From: Acidimicrobiales bacterium
GTDB taxonomy: Bacteria > Actinomycetota > Acidimicrobiia > Acidimicrobiales > SZUA-35
NCBI GenBank assembly: GCA_041394345.1
Contig: JAWKIN010000010.1
Location: 23,287-87,286 of the forward strand
DNA: 64,000 bases
Reading direction: 5' to 3'
The translations under genes and the position numbers were made by a program. Shown one piece after another: positions 24,569-38,229 of the stretch. Position 1 is the stretch's first letter; every line of letters begins with the position of its first letter. The notes under the pieces are model-generated. The model had not been told where the DNA came from. It saw nothing but the letters and a program-made list of their open reading frames with translations, and did no database searches.

Positions 24569-25596
24569 ATGACCAGCCCCATTGACACGCTCGGCATGCT
24601 CGATGCCACGCTCGCTCTTCCCGAACAGATCCAATCCGTGCTCGACTCGGTTGGCCCCATCGATGGCCTCCCCGACCCTGACCGCATCGAGCACGTTCTG
24701 ATACTCGGTATGGGCGACAGCGGGTTTGGTGGCGACGTCGCTGCCGCGTCGGCTCGACCGTTTTCGTCGATCCCGATCGTGGTGTACGGCGGCTATTTGC
24801 CTCCATCGTGGGTTGGCCCATCCTCGTTGGTCATCGCAATCTCGGCGTCGGGCACGACCGAAGAGACGCTCGAATCGCTCGAAGCCGCTGTTGAAGCCGG
24901 GGCATCGCTTGTTTCGGTCACCGCGGGAGGTGAGCTCGAAGAGCTCACTCGCCACGCGCACGGCCCTGTGCTGCCCGTCGTCGATCAGGGTCCTATGCCC
25001 CGTACCTCGCTCGGCTCGCTCGCCGTACCACCAATGCTGGCGCTCGAACAGTTGGGCCTTTTCCCGGTGCTCGTGTCTGGCTGGCTGACGCCGTCGATCA
25101 GCTAAAGATTCGGCGCGATCACTACCTCGCGGGCGGCAGCCAGATCAAGGCGGTCGCCGAGGCCATTGGCTCGACCATCCCCATGGTCTACGGCGGTGGC
25201 GCTATCGGTACGACGGCGGCCCGTCGCTGGAAGATGGCGGTCAACCACAACGTGAAGTCGCCGGCGTTCTGGGCTGCGATGCCCGAGCTTTGCCACAACG
25301 AGCTTGTCGGCTGGGACCAACAGGGCACCGCCGTCAACGGCATGTTCTCCCAGGTGCAGCTTCGTCACGATTGGGAGCATCCGCAAACGATGCGCCGGTT
25401 CGAATACGTCGAGCAGCGGACTCGGTCGATCATGTCCGACATTCTGACCGTGCAAGCCGAAGGCGATGGACCGATCGCCCAGCTGTTCGACCTCATCCTG
25501 TTCGGCGATCTCGTGAGTCTTGAACTCGCGGCCGCTCGTGGCATCGACCCCGGACCACTGGCGGTTGTCGATGATCTCAAACGCTGGCTGGAGTAG
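24569..25596 (+). CDS. SIS-domain bifunctional phosphoglucose/phosphomannose isomerase-like protein, one frame break near 25100
   Basis: VLILGMGDSGFGGDV..LVIAISASGTTEETL in 24569..25105. C-terminal part GAIGTTAARRWKMAVNHNVKSPAFWAAMPELCHNELVGW in 25183..25596. Confidence 0.8.
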
Positions 25597-25623
25597 TGCC
25601 TCGTCGTCTCGTAGTCTGGCCCG

Positions 25624-26379
25624 ATGACTGCAAGACTCGATGATCTAACCGTGCTCGTAACTGGCGCCGGAGGTGGGATTGGCACCTCGGTCGTCAACCG
25701 TCTCGTTGCGGGAGGGGCCAACGTGATTGCGTTTGATCTCGCCGGACCCGGGCTTGACGCGCTCGACGGGCCACACGTCGCCTGTTATGCAGGCGACGCA
25801 ACCAACGAGGCCGACTGGGAGGCCGTCGTCGAGTTGGCAGTCGCTCGCTTTGGCGGCCTCACTGGTTTGGTCAACAATGCCGGCATCGAAGGCTCAATCG
25901 CACCAATTCTGGAGTACTCAAACCAGATGTTTGATGCGGTGATGGCAGTCAACGTTAAGGGGGTGTGGCTCGGCCTGAAGGCGTGCATCCCTCTCATGAA
26001 GGAGGGCGGCGGGTCGATCGTCAACCTTTCGTCGGTAGCCGGACTCCGTGGTGCCACCAACCTCTCGGCCTATAGCGCGTCGAAGCACGCCGTCATTGGG
26101 CTGACCAAGAGCGTGGCGAAGGAGCTCGGAGCCGTGGGGATTCGCTGCACCGCCGTCGGTCCGTCGCCGATCGATACCCGGATGATGCGCTCGCTCGAAG
26201 ACGGCATGAAGGGCGACGGCGAACGCGAGGTGATCCAGGCGGCCATTGCGAGTGCCATTCCCGTTGGCCGCTACGGGGCCCCAGCCGAAGTCGCCGACCT
26301 GATTTGCTTCTTGCTCTCCGATGACGCTCGATTCCTGAGCGGCGCCGCAATCCCAATCGACGGCGCAATGACCGTTTAA
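25624..26379 (+). CDS. SDR family oxidoreductase
   Basis: Intact: VLVTGAGGGIGTS, NNAGI, catalytic YSASKHAVIGLTKS, PSPIDT. Confidence 0.9.
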   Translation: MTARLDDLTVLVTGAGGGIGTSVVNRLVAGGANVIAFDLAGPGLDALDGPHVACYAGDATNEADWEAVVELAVARFGGLTGLVNNAGIEGSIAPILEYSNQMFDAVMAVNVKGVWLGLKACIPLMKEGGGSIVNLSSVAGLRGATNLSAYSASKHAVIGLTKSVAKELGAVGIRCTAVGPSPIDTRMMRSLEDGMKGDGEREVIQAAIASAIPVGRYGAPAEVADLICFLLSDDARFLSGAAIPIDGAMTV

Positions 26380-26383
26380 ACCC

Positions 26384-26437
26384 CCGAACTGGCAGACCGA
26401 ACCGGTCAGGACTGACTGGTTTCGTCTGCCAGTTCGG
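26384..26437. terminator. Long nested hairpin between convergent genes (likely bidirectional terminator)
   Basis: ccgaactggcagac (26384..26397) pairs perfectly with gtctgccagttcgg (26424..26437). There is an inner imperfect hairpin. Confidence 0.6.
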
Positions 26438-26469
26438 AGAGTGCGGGGTGGGGGAGCCACTACCAGCCC

Positions 26470-27090
26470 CTACCAGCCGCGGTCAATCCACGATTGCAGG
26501 CTTGGCCGTTCAGCCCCGATGGTGGTGTTGTCGCCGTGGCCCGGCAGCACGATGGTGTCTTTGTCGAACGTGAAGAGCCGTCGATCGATCGATTCGATGA
26601 TTGTGTCGAAGTCGGCGTCGGCTGGTTTGGTGTTGCCGGGGCCGCCGGGGAAGAGCGTGTCGCCGCTGAAGAGCAGGGGCTTGCCAACGAGCTTGAAACA
26701 CATCGAGCCCGGCGTGTGGCCAGGTGTGAGCACGGTGTCGAGGGCCAACCGGCCAACGGCAATGCGTGCTTGGTCTTCGAGGATGTAGTCGTAGCTGGGA
26801 AGCATTGCTGCGTCGGCGGCGGTGACGCCGACCTCATAACCAGCGTCTCGGACTTGGGTGACCGCCTGGATGTGATCCCAGTGGCCGTGCGTCTCGAGCA
26901 CGGTGCGAACGCCAAGCGTCTGGCACAGGTCGAGAAGGAGCTCGTGCTCGTTGGCGGCGTCGAGCAGGACGGCGTCTCCGGTCTGTCGGCACCTGATGAC
27001 GAAGACATTGTTTTCGTACGGCCCGACCACGACCTTGTGGACCTCCACGTCGCTATCGGACCAGTGAAGCGTTGTCGAAAGATCAGCCAT
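26470..27090 (-). CDS. MBL-fold metallo-hydrolase (glyoxalase II-like)
   Basis: MADLSTTLHW.. start at 27090, inside ORF 26470..27633. ETHGHWDHIQ (HxHxDH), TPGHTPGS, GDTLFPGG, LPGHG. Confidence 0.85.
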   Translation of the reverse strand: MADLSTTLHWSDSDVEVHKVVVGPYENNVFVIRCRQTGDAVLLDAANEHELLLDLCQTLGVRTVLETHGHWDHIQAVTQVRDAGYEVGVTAADAAMLPSYDYILEDQARIAVGRLALDTVLTPGHTPGSMCFKLVGKPLLFSGDTLFPGGPGNTKPADADFDTIIESIDRRLFTFDKDTIVLPGHGDNTTIGAERPSLQSWIDRGW

Positions 27091-27210
27091 GGGCAGAACA
27101 ATAGGTCGTCCTGGAAGTCCTGCACAGCTAGGCTGGCGCCTTTGTGGGCTGAATCGATGTGGGCCAGTGGGCCTCAGCTCCCGCGTACCAAGTGAACAAA
27201 GGAACCCCAC

Positions 27211-28671
27211 ATGGCAGAACGCCCACGCACCCTCGCTGACGGAGACTACAAGGTCGCCGACATCAATCTGGCCGGTTATGGCCGCAAGCTCATGGAACTC
27301 GCCGAGCTCGAAATGCCTGGACTCATGGCATTGCGAGCGGAATATTACGATGATCAGCCGCTGGCCGGCGCTCGAATCATGGGCAGCCTGCACATGACCA
27401 TCCAGACGGCCGTGCTTATCGAAACGCTCACCGCACTCGGCGCTGACGTTCGATGGGTCAGCTGCAATATTTTCTCTACACAGGACGAGGCCGCCGCGGC
27501 GGTGCTGGTGGGCCCGAACGGCACAACCGACAACCCGCAAGGGTGCCGGTGTATGCCTGGAAGGGCGAGACCCTCGAAGAATATTGGTGGTGCACCGAGC
27601 AGGCGCTTCGGTGGCCCGGCCACGACGGACCAAACCTCATCCTGGACGATGGTGGCGACGCCACGATGCTCGTCCACAAGGGCGCTGAATACGAGGCAGC
27701 GGGCGCTGTTCCCGATGCAACTGACGATGATCCCGACGAGTGGGCGGTCATTATCGACCTCCTCAAGAAGCTTCAGATCGAAGACAACACGCTCTTTACC
27801 CGCATGGCGCCTGGCATCCGTGGCGTGTCGGAGGAGACAACCACCGGTGTGCATCGCCTCTACGAGATGATGGAAGCAGGCACGCTCCGTTTCCCTGGCA
27901 TCAATGTCAACGATGCCGTCACCAAGTCGAAGTTCGACAACAAATACGGCACTCGCCACAGCCTCCTCGATGGGATCAACCGCGGCACTGACGTCATGAT
28001 CGGCGGCAAGCTCTGTGTTGTCTTCGGCTACGGCGATGTTGGCAAGGGTTGTGCCGAGGCACTGCGTGGACAGGGCGCCTGGGTGATCATCACCGAGATC
28101 GACCCGATCTGCGCACTCCAGGCAGCGATGGACGGCTACGAGGTGACGACCCTCGAAAAGGTCATTGACCGAGCCGATATTTTCATCACTGCCACCGGCA
28201 ACAAGGACATTCTCTCGGCCGAGATGATGAGCCAGATGAAGCAGGGCGCAATCGTCGGCAACATCGGTCACTTCGACAACGAGATCGATATGGCGGGCCT
28301 ACTCCGCCAGAGCGACATCCAGCGGATCAACATCAAGCCGCAGGTTGATGAGTTCCGATTCCCCGATGGTCACTCGATCATCGTCTTGTCCGAGGGCCGT
28401 CTGCTCAACCTGGGTAACGCCACCGGCCACCCTAGCTTTGTGATGTCGGCGAGTTTCGCCAACCAGAGTTTTGGCCCAGATCGAGCTGCATAAGAACGCG
28501 GAGGCCTACGGCAAGACGGTTACTGTGCTGCCGAAGTTGCTCGACGAGAAGGTCGCCCGCCTTCATCTCGATGCCCTTGGCGTGAAGCTCACGAAGCTCA
28601 GCCAGGCGCAGGCGGACTACATCGGCATTCCCGTCGATGGCCCCTACAAGCCCGAGCACTACCGCTACTAG
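27211..28671 (+). CDS. ahcY: Adenosylhomocysteinase, two frame breaks (about 27541 and about 28450)
   Basis: [31 protein letters not shown]; [17 protein letters not shown]; [18 protein letters not shown]; [11 protein letters not shown]; [15 protein letters not shown]; [18 protein letters not shown]. Spread across frames 27211, 27453 and 28471. Confidence 0.95.
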
Positions 28672-28696
28672 TTCACCGGCCGCGACCGCCATTAAC

Positions 28697-28743
28697 CCCA
28701 CCCTTAACTTCGTTTAGTCGGACCAAACGAAGTTAAGGGTGGG
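28697..28743 (+). terminator. Perfect 19-bp stem hairpin downstream of ahcY
   Basis: cccacccttaacttcgttt (28697..28715), 9-nt loop, aaacgaagttaagggtggg (28725..28743). Confidence 0.65.
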
Positions 28744-28782
28744 TGGGCGACCACTGTCACTGGGGCTGTTCATACTCTGAGC

Positions 28783-29407
28783 ATGCTCTTCGATCGTCGC
28801 TGCCCGGTCTGTCTCCAACCATGCCGGACCCTTTGTTTGTCCTGCTTGGAATCTCTGCCCTGCTGGCGCCCTGGCGCTGGATGGTATTAACTGGTCAGTA
28901 GCGATATTCGCGTACTCACCCACAACCCGATCGGTAGTCATTACGGCAAAGAATCGTGGTCGACGAGACCTGCTCCGGCTAGCAGCGCATTCGATGGCAG
29001 ACGCCGTCAGCGCGGCGCCCATGCGTCTCGACTACACCGCCGTCACCTGGGTACCAGCTAGTCCTGAACAGAAGCGGCGGCGAGGTTTCGACCAGGGTCG
29101 CATCCTCGCTCGTGGCGTTGGTCGCCAGCTTCAGATTCCCACCCGGTCCCTGCTCCGTCGGTCGGGCGCTCCCCAGACCGGCCAGTCGCGAGCCGAGCGC
29201 TTGTTGGGTCCGGATCTTTACGCTCGTCGTCGCACCCAAGGCGCTGTCCTTGTCGTCGACGACGTCGTCACCACGGGTGCTTCGCTCCGTCGAGCAGCCA
29301 TGGTGTTAGTGCAGTCTGGTGCGCACCGTGTCGACGCCGTGGTCTTTGCTGCCACCGCGCCCCACCGTGCCAATCAGTTTCCCATTCCCCACGTCACACC
29401 TGGTTGA
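28783..29407 (+). CDS. comF: ComF family phosphoribosyltransferase-domain protein, at least 1 frame break
   Basis: N-terminus MLFDRRCPVCLQPCRTLCLSCLESL (Cys cluster) from ATG 28783. C-terminus in ORF 28994..29407: WVPASPEQKRRRGFDQ..VLVVDDVVTTGASL. Confidence 0.75.
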
Positions 29408-29418
29408 AAGGATCATCC

Positions 29419-29983
29419 ATGGAGGTAAGCGTAAGCGGCCGGAAAACAACGGTTTCTGAGTCACTCAAGCGACAGGCCACCGAGAAGATTGGCCATCTCG
29501 ATCGCATCATTGGTGGCATGGATCGTGCCGAGGTTCATTTCTGGGAAGAGAAGAATCCGAGGATCGGCAGCAACAAGGAATTTTGCGAAGTCACGATGGA
29601 GGGACACGGCCACCACATCAGGACCAAGGTGTCGGCACCTGATGGTTTCACGGCTATCGACCTCGCGGTCGACAAACTCGAACGCCAACTTCGCAAGCTA
29701 AAGACCAAGGTCAAGAATCGGAACCAACAGCGAGCGGCTAGAGATCGAACCCGCCCTGGTTCCCGATTCCCTGCTGCCGTCCGGCGAGGACGATGTTGAG
29801 CCCATCTACAGCATCGTCAAAACCAAACGATTCCCCATCGCCGAGATGGCAACCGACGAGGCCGCGCTGCAGATGGACCTGCTCAACCACGATTTCTATG
29901 TCTTCCGCAATGTTGAGAGCGGCCTTGGGGCCGTGGTCTATCGACGTGAAGATGGCGACCTCGGCCTAATCGAAGTCGAGTAA
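29419..29983 (+). CDS. hpf: Ribosome hibernation promoting factor, long form; one frame break near 29735
   Basis: [41 protein letters not shown]. The C-terminal domain is read in another frame: [53 protein letters not shown]. Stop at 29981..29983. Confidence 0.9.
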
Positions 29984-30071
29984 CCCGCACGCCACTCAGC
30001 TGTTCGGTGTGGCACACCTCCTTGGGGGTGTGCCACCGCTGTGCTTGCGAGCAGGTAGACTTCCCAGCCGG

Positions 30072-32897
<2,826 letters not shown>

Positions 32898-32901
32898 CAC
32901 G

Positions 32902-34009
32902 ATGGCCGACCTTCCCGGCGACCTTGCGTCGCTCCGTACCGAACTTGGCGAAGCAGCCGAGTACCTTCGCATCGATGAATTGCGGGGCCGCTTGCCGTTG
33001 CTTGAAACCGAGATGGGCCGCCCCGATCTCTGGGACGACGCCGAACGCGCCCGTGGCGTGCAAACGGAGTTCACCCAAGTAAAAGACGATCTCGACCTCT
33101 ACGATCGGCTGAGCGCTGAAATCGACGACGCTGAGACGCTCTACGAGCTGGGTCGAGAAGAGGGCGATGCTGGCGTTATCGACGACGTTTCGGCCTTGGT
33201 TGACGAGCTGCATGCTCGGTTTGCTGATCTCGAGCTGCGAGCGTTGTTCACCGGCGAATACGACGAGGGCGACGCCGTCTGTGAGGTTCACTCAGGCGCG
33301 GGCGGCACCGATTCGCAAGACTGGGCCGAGATGCTCTTCTTCATGTACAAGAAGTGGGCGGCGGCGAAGGGATTCGGCTTCGAGATTACCGATAGCGCCC
33401 AGGGCCAAGAAGCTGGCATCACGTCTGCCACTTTTGTCATTCGGGGCCGGTTCGCCTACGGGTTTCTGCAGGCCGAGCGGGGCGTCCATCGGCTCGTTCG
33501 TATCTCGCCGTTCGACTCCCAGGCTCGCCGACATACGGCATTCGCGTCCTTCAGCGTGGTTCCCTACATCGAGGACGCCACCAACCAGGTCGACATCGAC
33601 GACAAAGACCTGCGGGTCGACGTCTTTCGATCGTCTGGCGCCGGTGGCCAGCACGTCAACACGACCGACTCTGCGGTTCGCATCACCCATCTCCCCACGG
33701 GGATCGTTGTGTCGTGCCAAAACGAGCGAAGCCAGCATCAAAACAAAGAGCGTTGCATGCAAATGCTGGCGATGCATCTCGTGGCCCTCGAGCGGCAAAC
33801 CGCGAAGACCTCCTCGCCAGCGAAGCCGGTGAGTCTCGAAAGGTCGAATGGGGCTCGCAGATCCGTTCGTACGTGCTACAGCCCTATCAGCAGGTCAAGG
33901 ATGAGCGATCCGGACTTACGTCCGGCCAGCCCGAAAGCGTGCCGCTGGTGGGGTTGGGATCTTCATGGAGGCGTGGCTTCGGTGGCGGCGTGCTGGTGCA
34001 TCCGCTTAG
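32902..34009 (+). CDS. prfB: Peptide chain release factor 2, two frame breaks near the 3' end (about 33790 and about 33950); no canonical programmed shift
   Basis: [20 protein letters not shown].. is continuous through the usual shift site. [23 protein letters not shown] (GGQ motif), [20 protein letters not shown] in frame 33714, [15 protein letters not shown] ending at TAG 34007..34009 in the third frame. Confidence 0.95.
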
Positions 34010-34063
34010 CAGATTGAACGCGATAACCTGCCGAAGCTCCCGGACGACGTCGACGAGGTCGCA

Positions 34064-34734
34064 ATGATCAAGCTCGAGAATGTAGTGAAGAGTACAAGGG
34101 CCATACCGTGGCCCTTCGCGACGCCAATGCCGACATCGACAAGGGTGAGTTCGTGTTTCTCGTTGGGCCGTCTGGCTCGGGCAAGAGCACGTTTCTTCGC
34201 CTCGTCAATAAGCAAGAGGAGCCTGACGCAGGCCGCATCTTCGTGGCCGGCAAGGACATCGGCAAGCTGAGCAGTTGGAAGTGCCGATGCTTCGGCGCAA
34301 CATCGGCAACATCTTTCGGACTACAAACTGCTCCCGACCCGAACCGTTGCCGAAAATGTCAGCTTTGCGCTTGAGGTCATCGGCCGTCCGCTTCATGTCA
34401 TCAAGACGCAGGTGCCAGCGATCTGCGAACTTGTCGGCCTGGGTGACAAAACCGAAAAGTATCCTCACCAGCTCTCCGGTGGCGAACAGCAGCGCGTGTC
34501 TATCGCTCGGGCCTCGTCAACCGACCGCTGATCCTTTGGCCGACGAGCCAACGGGCAACCTCGACCCACAGACAGCGATTGGCATCATGCGATTGCTCGA
34601 TCGAATCAACAAAACGGGAACCACCGTCCTAATGGCCACTCACGATCGCGGATTGTCGACACAATGCGCCGTCGCGCCATCGAGTTGTCGGACGGAAACA
34701 TCGTGCGCACCAAGCGCGCGGCGTCTACGAGTAG
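34064..34734 (+). CDS. ftsE: Cell division ATP-binding protein FtsE, at least 3 frame breaks
   Basis: MIKLENVVK; [20 protein letters not shown] (Walker A, frame 34108); [13 protein letters not shown] and [11 protein letters not shown] (frame 34275). Stop TAG at 34732..34734. Confidence 0.9.
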
Positions 34735-34741
34735 GAGCGGT

Positions 34742-35628
34742 ATGGCTATCAGGGTCGACTACCTGCACGCGAGACCGGCAACAACCTCATCCGCACCCCG
34801 TCACTGACGATCGCCACGGTGCTTACCGTGGCGGTGTCGCTGGCGTTGCTTGGCGCCGCTCGTCATCATGGCTGGCGTCGATGGCCTCAATGCTCGATTC
34901 AAGGGCGACGTGGAGTTCATCATCTGGGTCGATAAGGACGCGACCGAACAAAATGTGCAAGGCATCCAGGCCGCGCTGGAGTCGTCCCCCAATGTGAGTG
35001 ACCAGATCTACGTGAACCGTGAGGAAACCTTCCGCGAGTTCCAGGAGTTCTGGGCCGACTCGCCCTCGGTCCTCGAGGCGGTCACTCCTGAGCAGCTTCC
35101 GACCTCGTTCCGTGTGACGCCGACGGTGGCCGAACTTGCGTTGGTCGAGGCGCTCGGCCGAGATTTCGAGGGGTTGCCCGGTGTTCAATCGGTCGACTAG
35201 CGGGAGTACATCAAGCAACTCGATTCCTTCACGCGGACGGCGTCGACCGTGATGATCGTCACGGCCATTGTGTCTGCGTTGTCGTCTGCCTTGTTGATGT
35301 ACAACACGATTCGTACCGCGCTCTACGCTCGTCGACGCGAAGTCGAGGTCATGCGGCTCGTGGGCGCGGCAAACTGGTTTATCCGCATCCCGTTCATGCT
35401 TGAAGGGATGATTCGAGGACTGCTCGGCGCTGGCCTTTCGACGCTCGCGGTGTATGGGCTCAATCGGGTCATCACCAACACGATCCAGACGTCGGATTTC
35501 AAGCTTTTCGCCCCGTTTGCCCTTGACCCGTCGCAGCTGACACCTATTGCGTTGATGCTGTTGGCCATCGGGGCTGGCATCGGCTTTGTGAGCTCGGGCG
35601 TAGCGGTCACCCGATACCCGACGCCTAA
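34742..35628 (+). CDS. ftsX: Cell division permease-like protein FtsX, at least 3 frame breaks
   Basis: MAIRVDYL.. from ATG 34742; [36 protein letters not shown] (frame 34850); [30 protein letters not shown] (frame 35249). Inferred stop TAA at 35626..35628. Confidence 0.85.
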
Positions 35629-35696
35629 CCGTTTGTCGGCCCGTTTTGTCGGCCCGATGGCCGCGATGGCCTCGATGGCCCCGGCACGAGGCGGTG

Positions 35697-36011
35697 CTAG
35701 GCGACGGTTCGTAGAACCGCGGTGGTCGCGCCCGCAACGAGGACAACCAGCCAGAACGGTCCGTTCTTCAGTGCCACCACAGCACCAACCGCCACGCCGA
35801 CGGCGCGCTCGTCGACGACGAGCATGTTTGGGTTGGTGACGAACGTCTGGGTGACGACGAGGCCGAACAGCAGCGCCGGGGGCAGCAGACCAGCGATCTG
35901 CTTCGTGCGGGGGCCAGCGAGGACACGACCGAGACCGAACCAACCAGCGGCTTTGAAACCATAGGATCCAGCGGCGATGATGAGCACCGTCCACCAACTC
36001 ACCGGCGTCAT
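35697..36011 (-). CDS. azlD: Branched-chain amino acid transport protein AzlD
   Basis: Intact 104-aa hydrophobic ORF. Its start overlaps the azlC stop (ATGA at 36008..36011). Confidence 0.8.
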   Translation of the reverse strand: MTPVSWWTVLIIAAGSYGFKAAGWFGLGRVLAGPRTKQIAGLLPPALLFGLVVTQTFVTNPNMLVVDERAVGVAVGAVVALKNGPFWLVVLVAGATTAVLRTVA

Positions 36012-36703
36012 GCGGGATTCCCGCGTGCATGAATTCGGTAGGCGACGAAGGCGCCGAGCCCAGCGAGGATGATGGGGATACCGGGTCGGAACACGAGCGA
36101 ACCGACGGCCGCGATCACGCTCCCGGCGATGGCTGCCGTGCGGCCTTCGGACGAACGGAGGGCCGGCATGGCGAGCGAGATGAAGCCTGATGCAAACGCG
36201 GCGTCGAGGCCGAGCGCGTCGGCGTCACCGAGCGCCTGGCCACCGAGCGCCCCGGCCAGCGTGCCGAGATTCCAAAAGAAGAAGACGGACAACCCTCCAG
36301 CGAAGAACGCACCTTCGACATCGTCTGGATTGTCTTGGCCAACGCCAAGCGCCGTCGACTCATCGATCGTGATGTGAGCGGCCGCCATTCGCTTGCCGAG
36401 CGAGCCGTCGATGTGACCCGCCATCGTCATTCCGTAGAGTCCGTTGCGGGCCGCCAAAAGCAGCGCAGCCCCGATCGCAGAGGCCGGGTCGCCTCCCGTG
36501 CTCAACACCGAGGCGGCACTGAACTGGGAGGCGCCGGTAAACACCAGCAGCGACATGGCCAGCGCCTGAAGGACGGAGAACCCGGCGTCAATGGCGAGCA
36601 CGCCGAATCCGGCACCAAAGATGCCAACCGCGGCACCCCTGATGACTGCGTCACGCGCGTACCGCTTGGCCAGGAAGTTTCTGTCGGAGTGCGGGCGGGT
36701 CAT
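36008..36703 (-). CDS. azlC: AzlC family branched-chain amino acid permease
   Basis: SLLVFTGASQFSAASVL..ALLLAARNGLYGMTM..ITIDEST. The ORF extends to 36751; the MTRPHS start at 36703 is preferred. Confidence 0.85.
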   Translation of the reverse strand: MTRPHSDRNFLAKRYARDAVIRGAAVGIFGAGFGVLAIDAGFSVLQALAMSLLVFTGASQFSAASVLSTGGDPASAIGAALLLAARNGLYGMTMAGHIDGSLGKRMAAAHITIDESTALGVGQDNPDDVEGAFFAGGLSVFFFWNLGTLAGALGGQALGDADALGLDAAFASGFISLAMPALRSSEGRTAAIAGSVIAAVGSLVFRPGIPIILAGLGAFVAYRIHARGNPA

Positions 36704-36786
36704 ATTCGGTAGTTGGGGTTCCTTTGTGGCATGCTGGTGTAGCGCGCACACTTGTGCCGTTAGCCACCCGTAAGGAGACCAATCCT

Positions 36787-36981
36787 ATGCGCATCAGCGT
36801 TGATTCAGATAAGTGCGAAGGCCACAACCGGTGCTACTCGCTCGCCCCCGCCCTCTTTGAGGTGGACGACTACGGATACGCAACTGCCGCAGGCGATGGG
36901 GTCGTGCCGGAGGGCATGGAGGACAAGGCCCAGTTGGCCGTCGACAATTGCCCCGAATTCGCGATCACGATCGAGGAATAG
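36787..36981 (+). CDS. Small ferredoxin (P450 redox partner type)
   Basis: MRISVDSDKCEGHNRCYSLAPALFEVDD..AVDNCPEFAI. One nt separates its stop from the P450 ATG. Confidence 0.85.
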   Translation: MRISVDSDKCEGHNRCYSLAPALFEVDDYGYATAAGDGVVPEGMEDKAQLAVDNCPEFAITIEE

Positions 36982-36982
36982 G

Positions 36983-38215
36983 ATGTCAGACAAGCCGACG
37001 ACCTCGCCGGTCACCGATTGGCGAACCGACTACGACATCTTCGACCCCGACTACATCGCTGATCCGTTTTCGGTGTGGGATGACCTCCGCCAAGAGTGTC
37101 CGGTTGCGCACACCGAGCGTTGGGGCGAATCCTGGTTGCCGACTCGTTACGACGACGTTGTGGCGCTCGCCCGCATGGTGCCGGCCCTGTCGTCGAATGA
37201 CCCGATTGTTGTTCGACCGGCCGAGGACACCGACGAAAACCTCGTTGACGGCTATCGCGTGGTCAACGCGCCGCCCATCAGCGCTGACCCACCAGTTCAC
37301 ACCTGGTCGCGGCGACTGATCCTGCCTGCATTTTCGCCCCGAATGGTGGCCGAATACGAGGTCGCCACGCGCCGCCTGTGCAAGGAGCTCATCGCCGACT
37401 TTGTCGACAAGGGTGAGGTCGACGGTGCTGTTGAGTACGCCCAACAAATCCCGCCCCGTGTCATTGCGATCCTGCTCGGCATCGATCCGAGCAAGGCAAA
37501 CACGTTTGTCGAGTGGGTGCGCGGTGTGCTCGAGATTGGCCTGTCCAATCCGGTGGTCCGCAAGGCGTCGAGCGAAGCTATCCGCGGGTTCTTCTTCGAC
37601 GAGATTGCCGATCGTCGAGCCAACCCTGGCGACGACATGATCAGCGACCTGATCAAGATCGAGATCGACGGCGAGCCCCTGACCGACCACCACATCATGG
37701 GCACGTGCAACCTGCTCCTGGTGGCCGGCATTGACACGACGTGGAGCGGTATTGGCTCGGCGCTGTGGCATCTCGCGACGCACCCCGAAGACCGCCAGCG
37801 ACTGGTCGACGAGCCCGAGTTGATCCCGACGGCGATCGAAGAGTTCCTGCGGGCCTATTCGCCGGTGACGATGGCTCGTCTGGTGAAGGAAGAGGTCGAT
37901 TTCAACGGCTGCCCCTTCAAGCCAAACGACAAGGTGCTGATGAATTTCCCCGGTGCCAATCGTGACCCTGAGCAGTTCGAAGACGCCGACAAGGTCATCA
38001 TCGATCGTGAGAAGAATCGTCACATCGCCTTCGGTGTTGGCATCCACCGTTGCGCCGGATCAAACCTGGCCCGCATGGAGATGCAGGTAGCGGTCGAGGA
38101 GTTCCTCGCCGCAATTCCGGTGTTCTCCATCAAGCCTGGCGAGACCACGACATGGTCAGGGGGCCAGGTCCGAGGACCACGCCTCATGCCCATCGTCTTC
38201 CCAACGAATTCCTGA
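36983..38215 (+). CDS. Cytochrome P450
   Basis: Intact from ATG 36983: LLLVAGIDTT (I-helix), EEFLRAYSP (ExxR), heme loop FGVGIHRCAGSNLARME. Confidence 0.95.
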   Translation: MSDKPTTSPVTDWRTDYDIFDPDYIADPFSVWDDLRQECPVAHTERWGESWLPTRYDDVVALARMVPALSSNDPIVVRPAEDTDENLVDGYRVVNAPPISADPPVHTWSRRLILPAFSPRMVAEYEVATRRLCKELIADFVDKGEVDGAVEYAQQIPPRVIAILLGIDPSKANTFVEWVRGVLEIGLSNPVVRKASSEAIRGFFFDEIADRRANPGDDMISDLIKIEIDGEPLTDHHIMGTCNLLLVAGIDTTWSGIGSALWHLATHPEDRQRLVDEPELIPTAIEEFLRAYSPVTMARLVKEEVDFNGCPFKPNDKVLMNFPGANRDPEQFEDADKVIIDREKNRHIAFGVGIHRCAGSNLARMEMQVAVEEFLAAIPVFSIKPGETTTWSGGQVRGPRLMPIVFPTNS

Positions 38216-38229
38216 CGACCAAGCAGTCG

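Noticed and set aside
27091-27210. SAH riboswitch upstream of ahcY.
   Set aside because: I could not find the conserved SAH-element strings (GAGGAGCG / CAGGCUCGG / AACGGCGCUC type) in the 120-nt leader. An Infernal scan with RF01057 would be decisive.
32902-33000. Possible programmed +1 frameshift in prfB.
   Set aside because: The N-terminal region, where the canonical CUU UGA shift site lies, is read in a single frame. The two breaks are near the 3' end (about 33790 and about 33950) and match the window-wide indel pattern.
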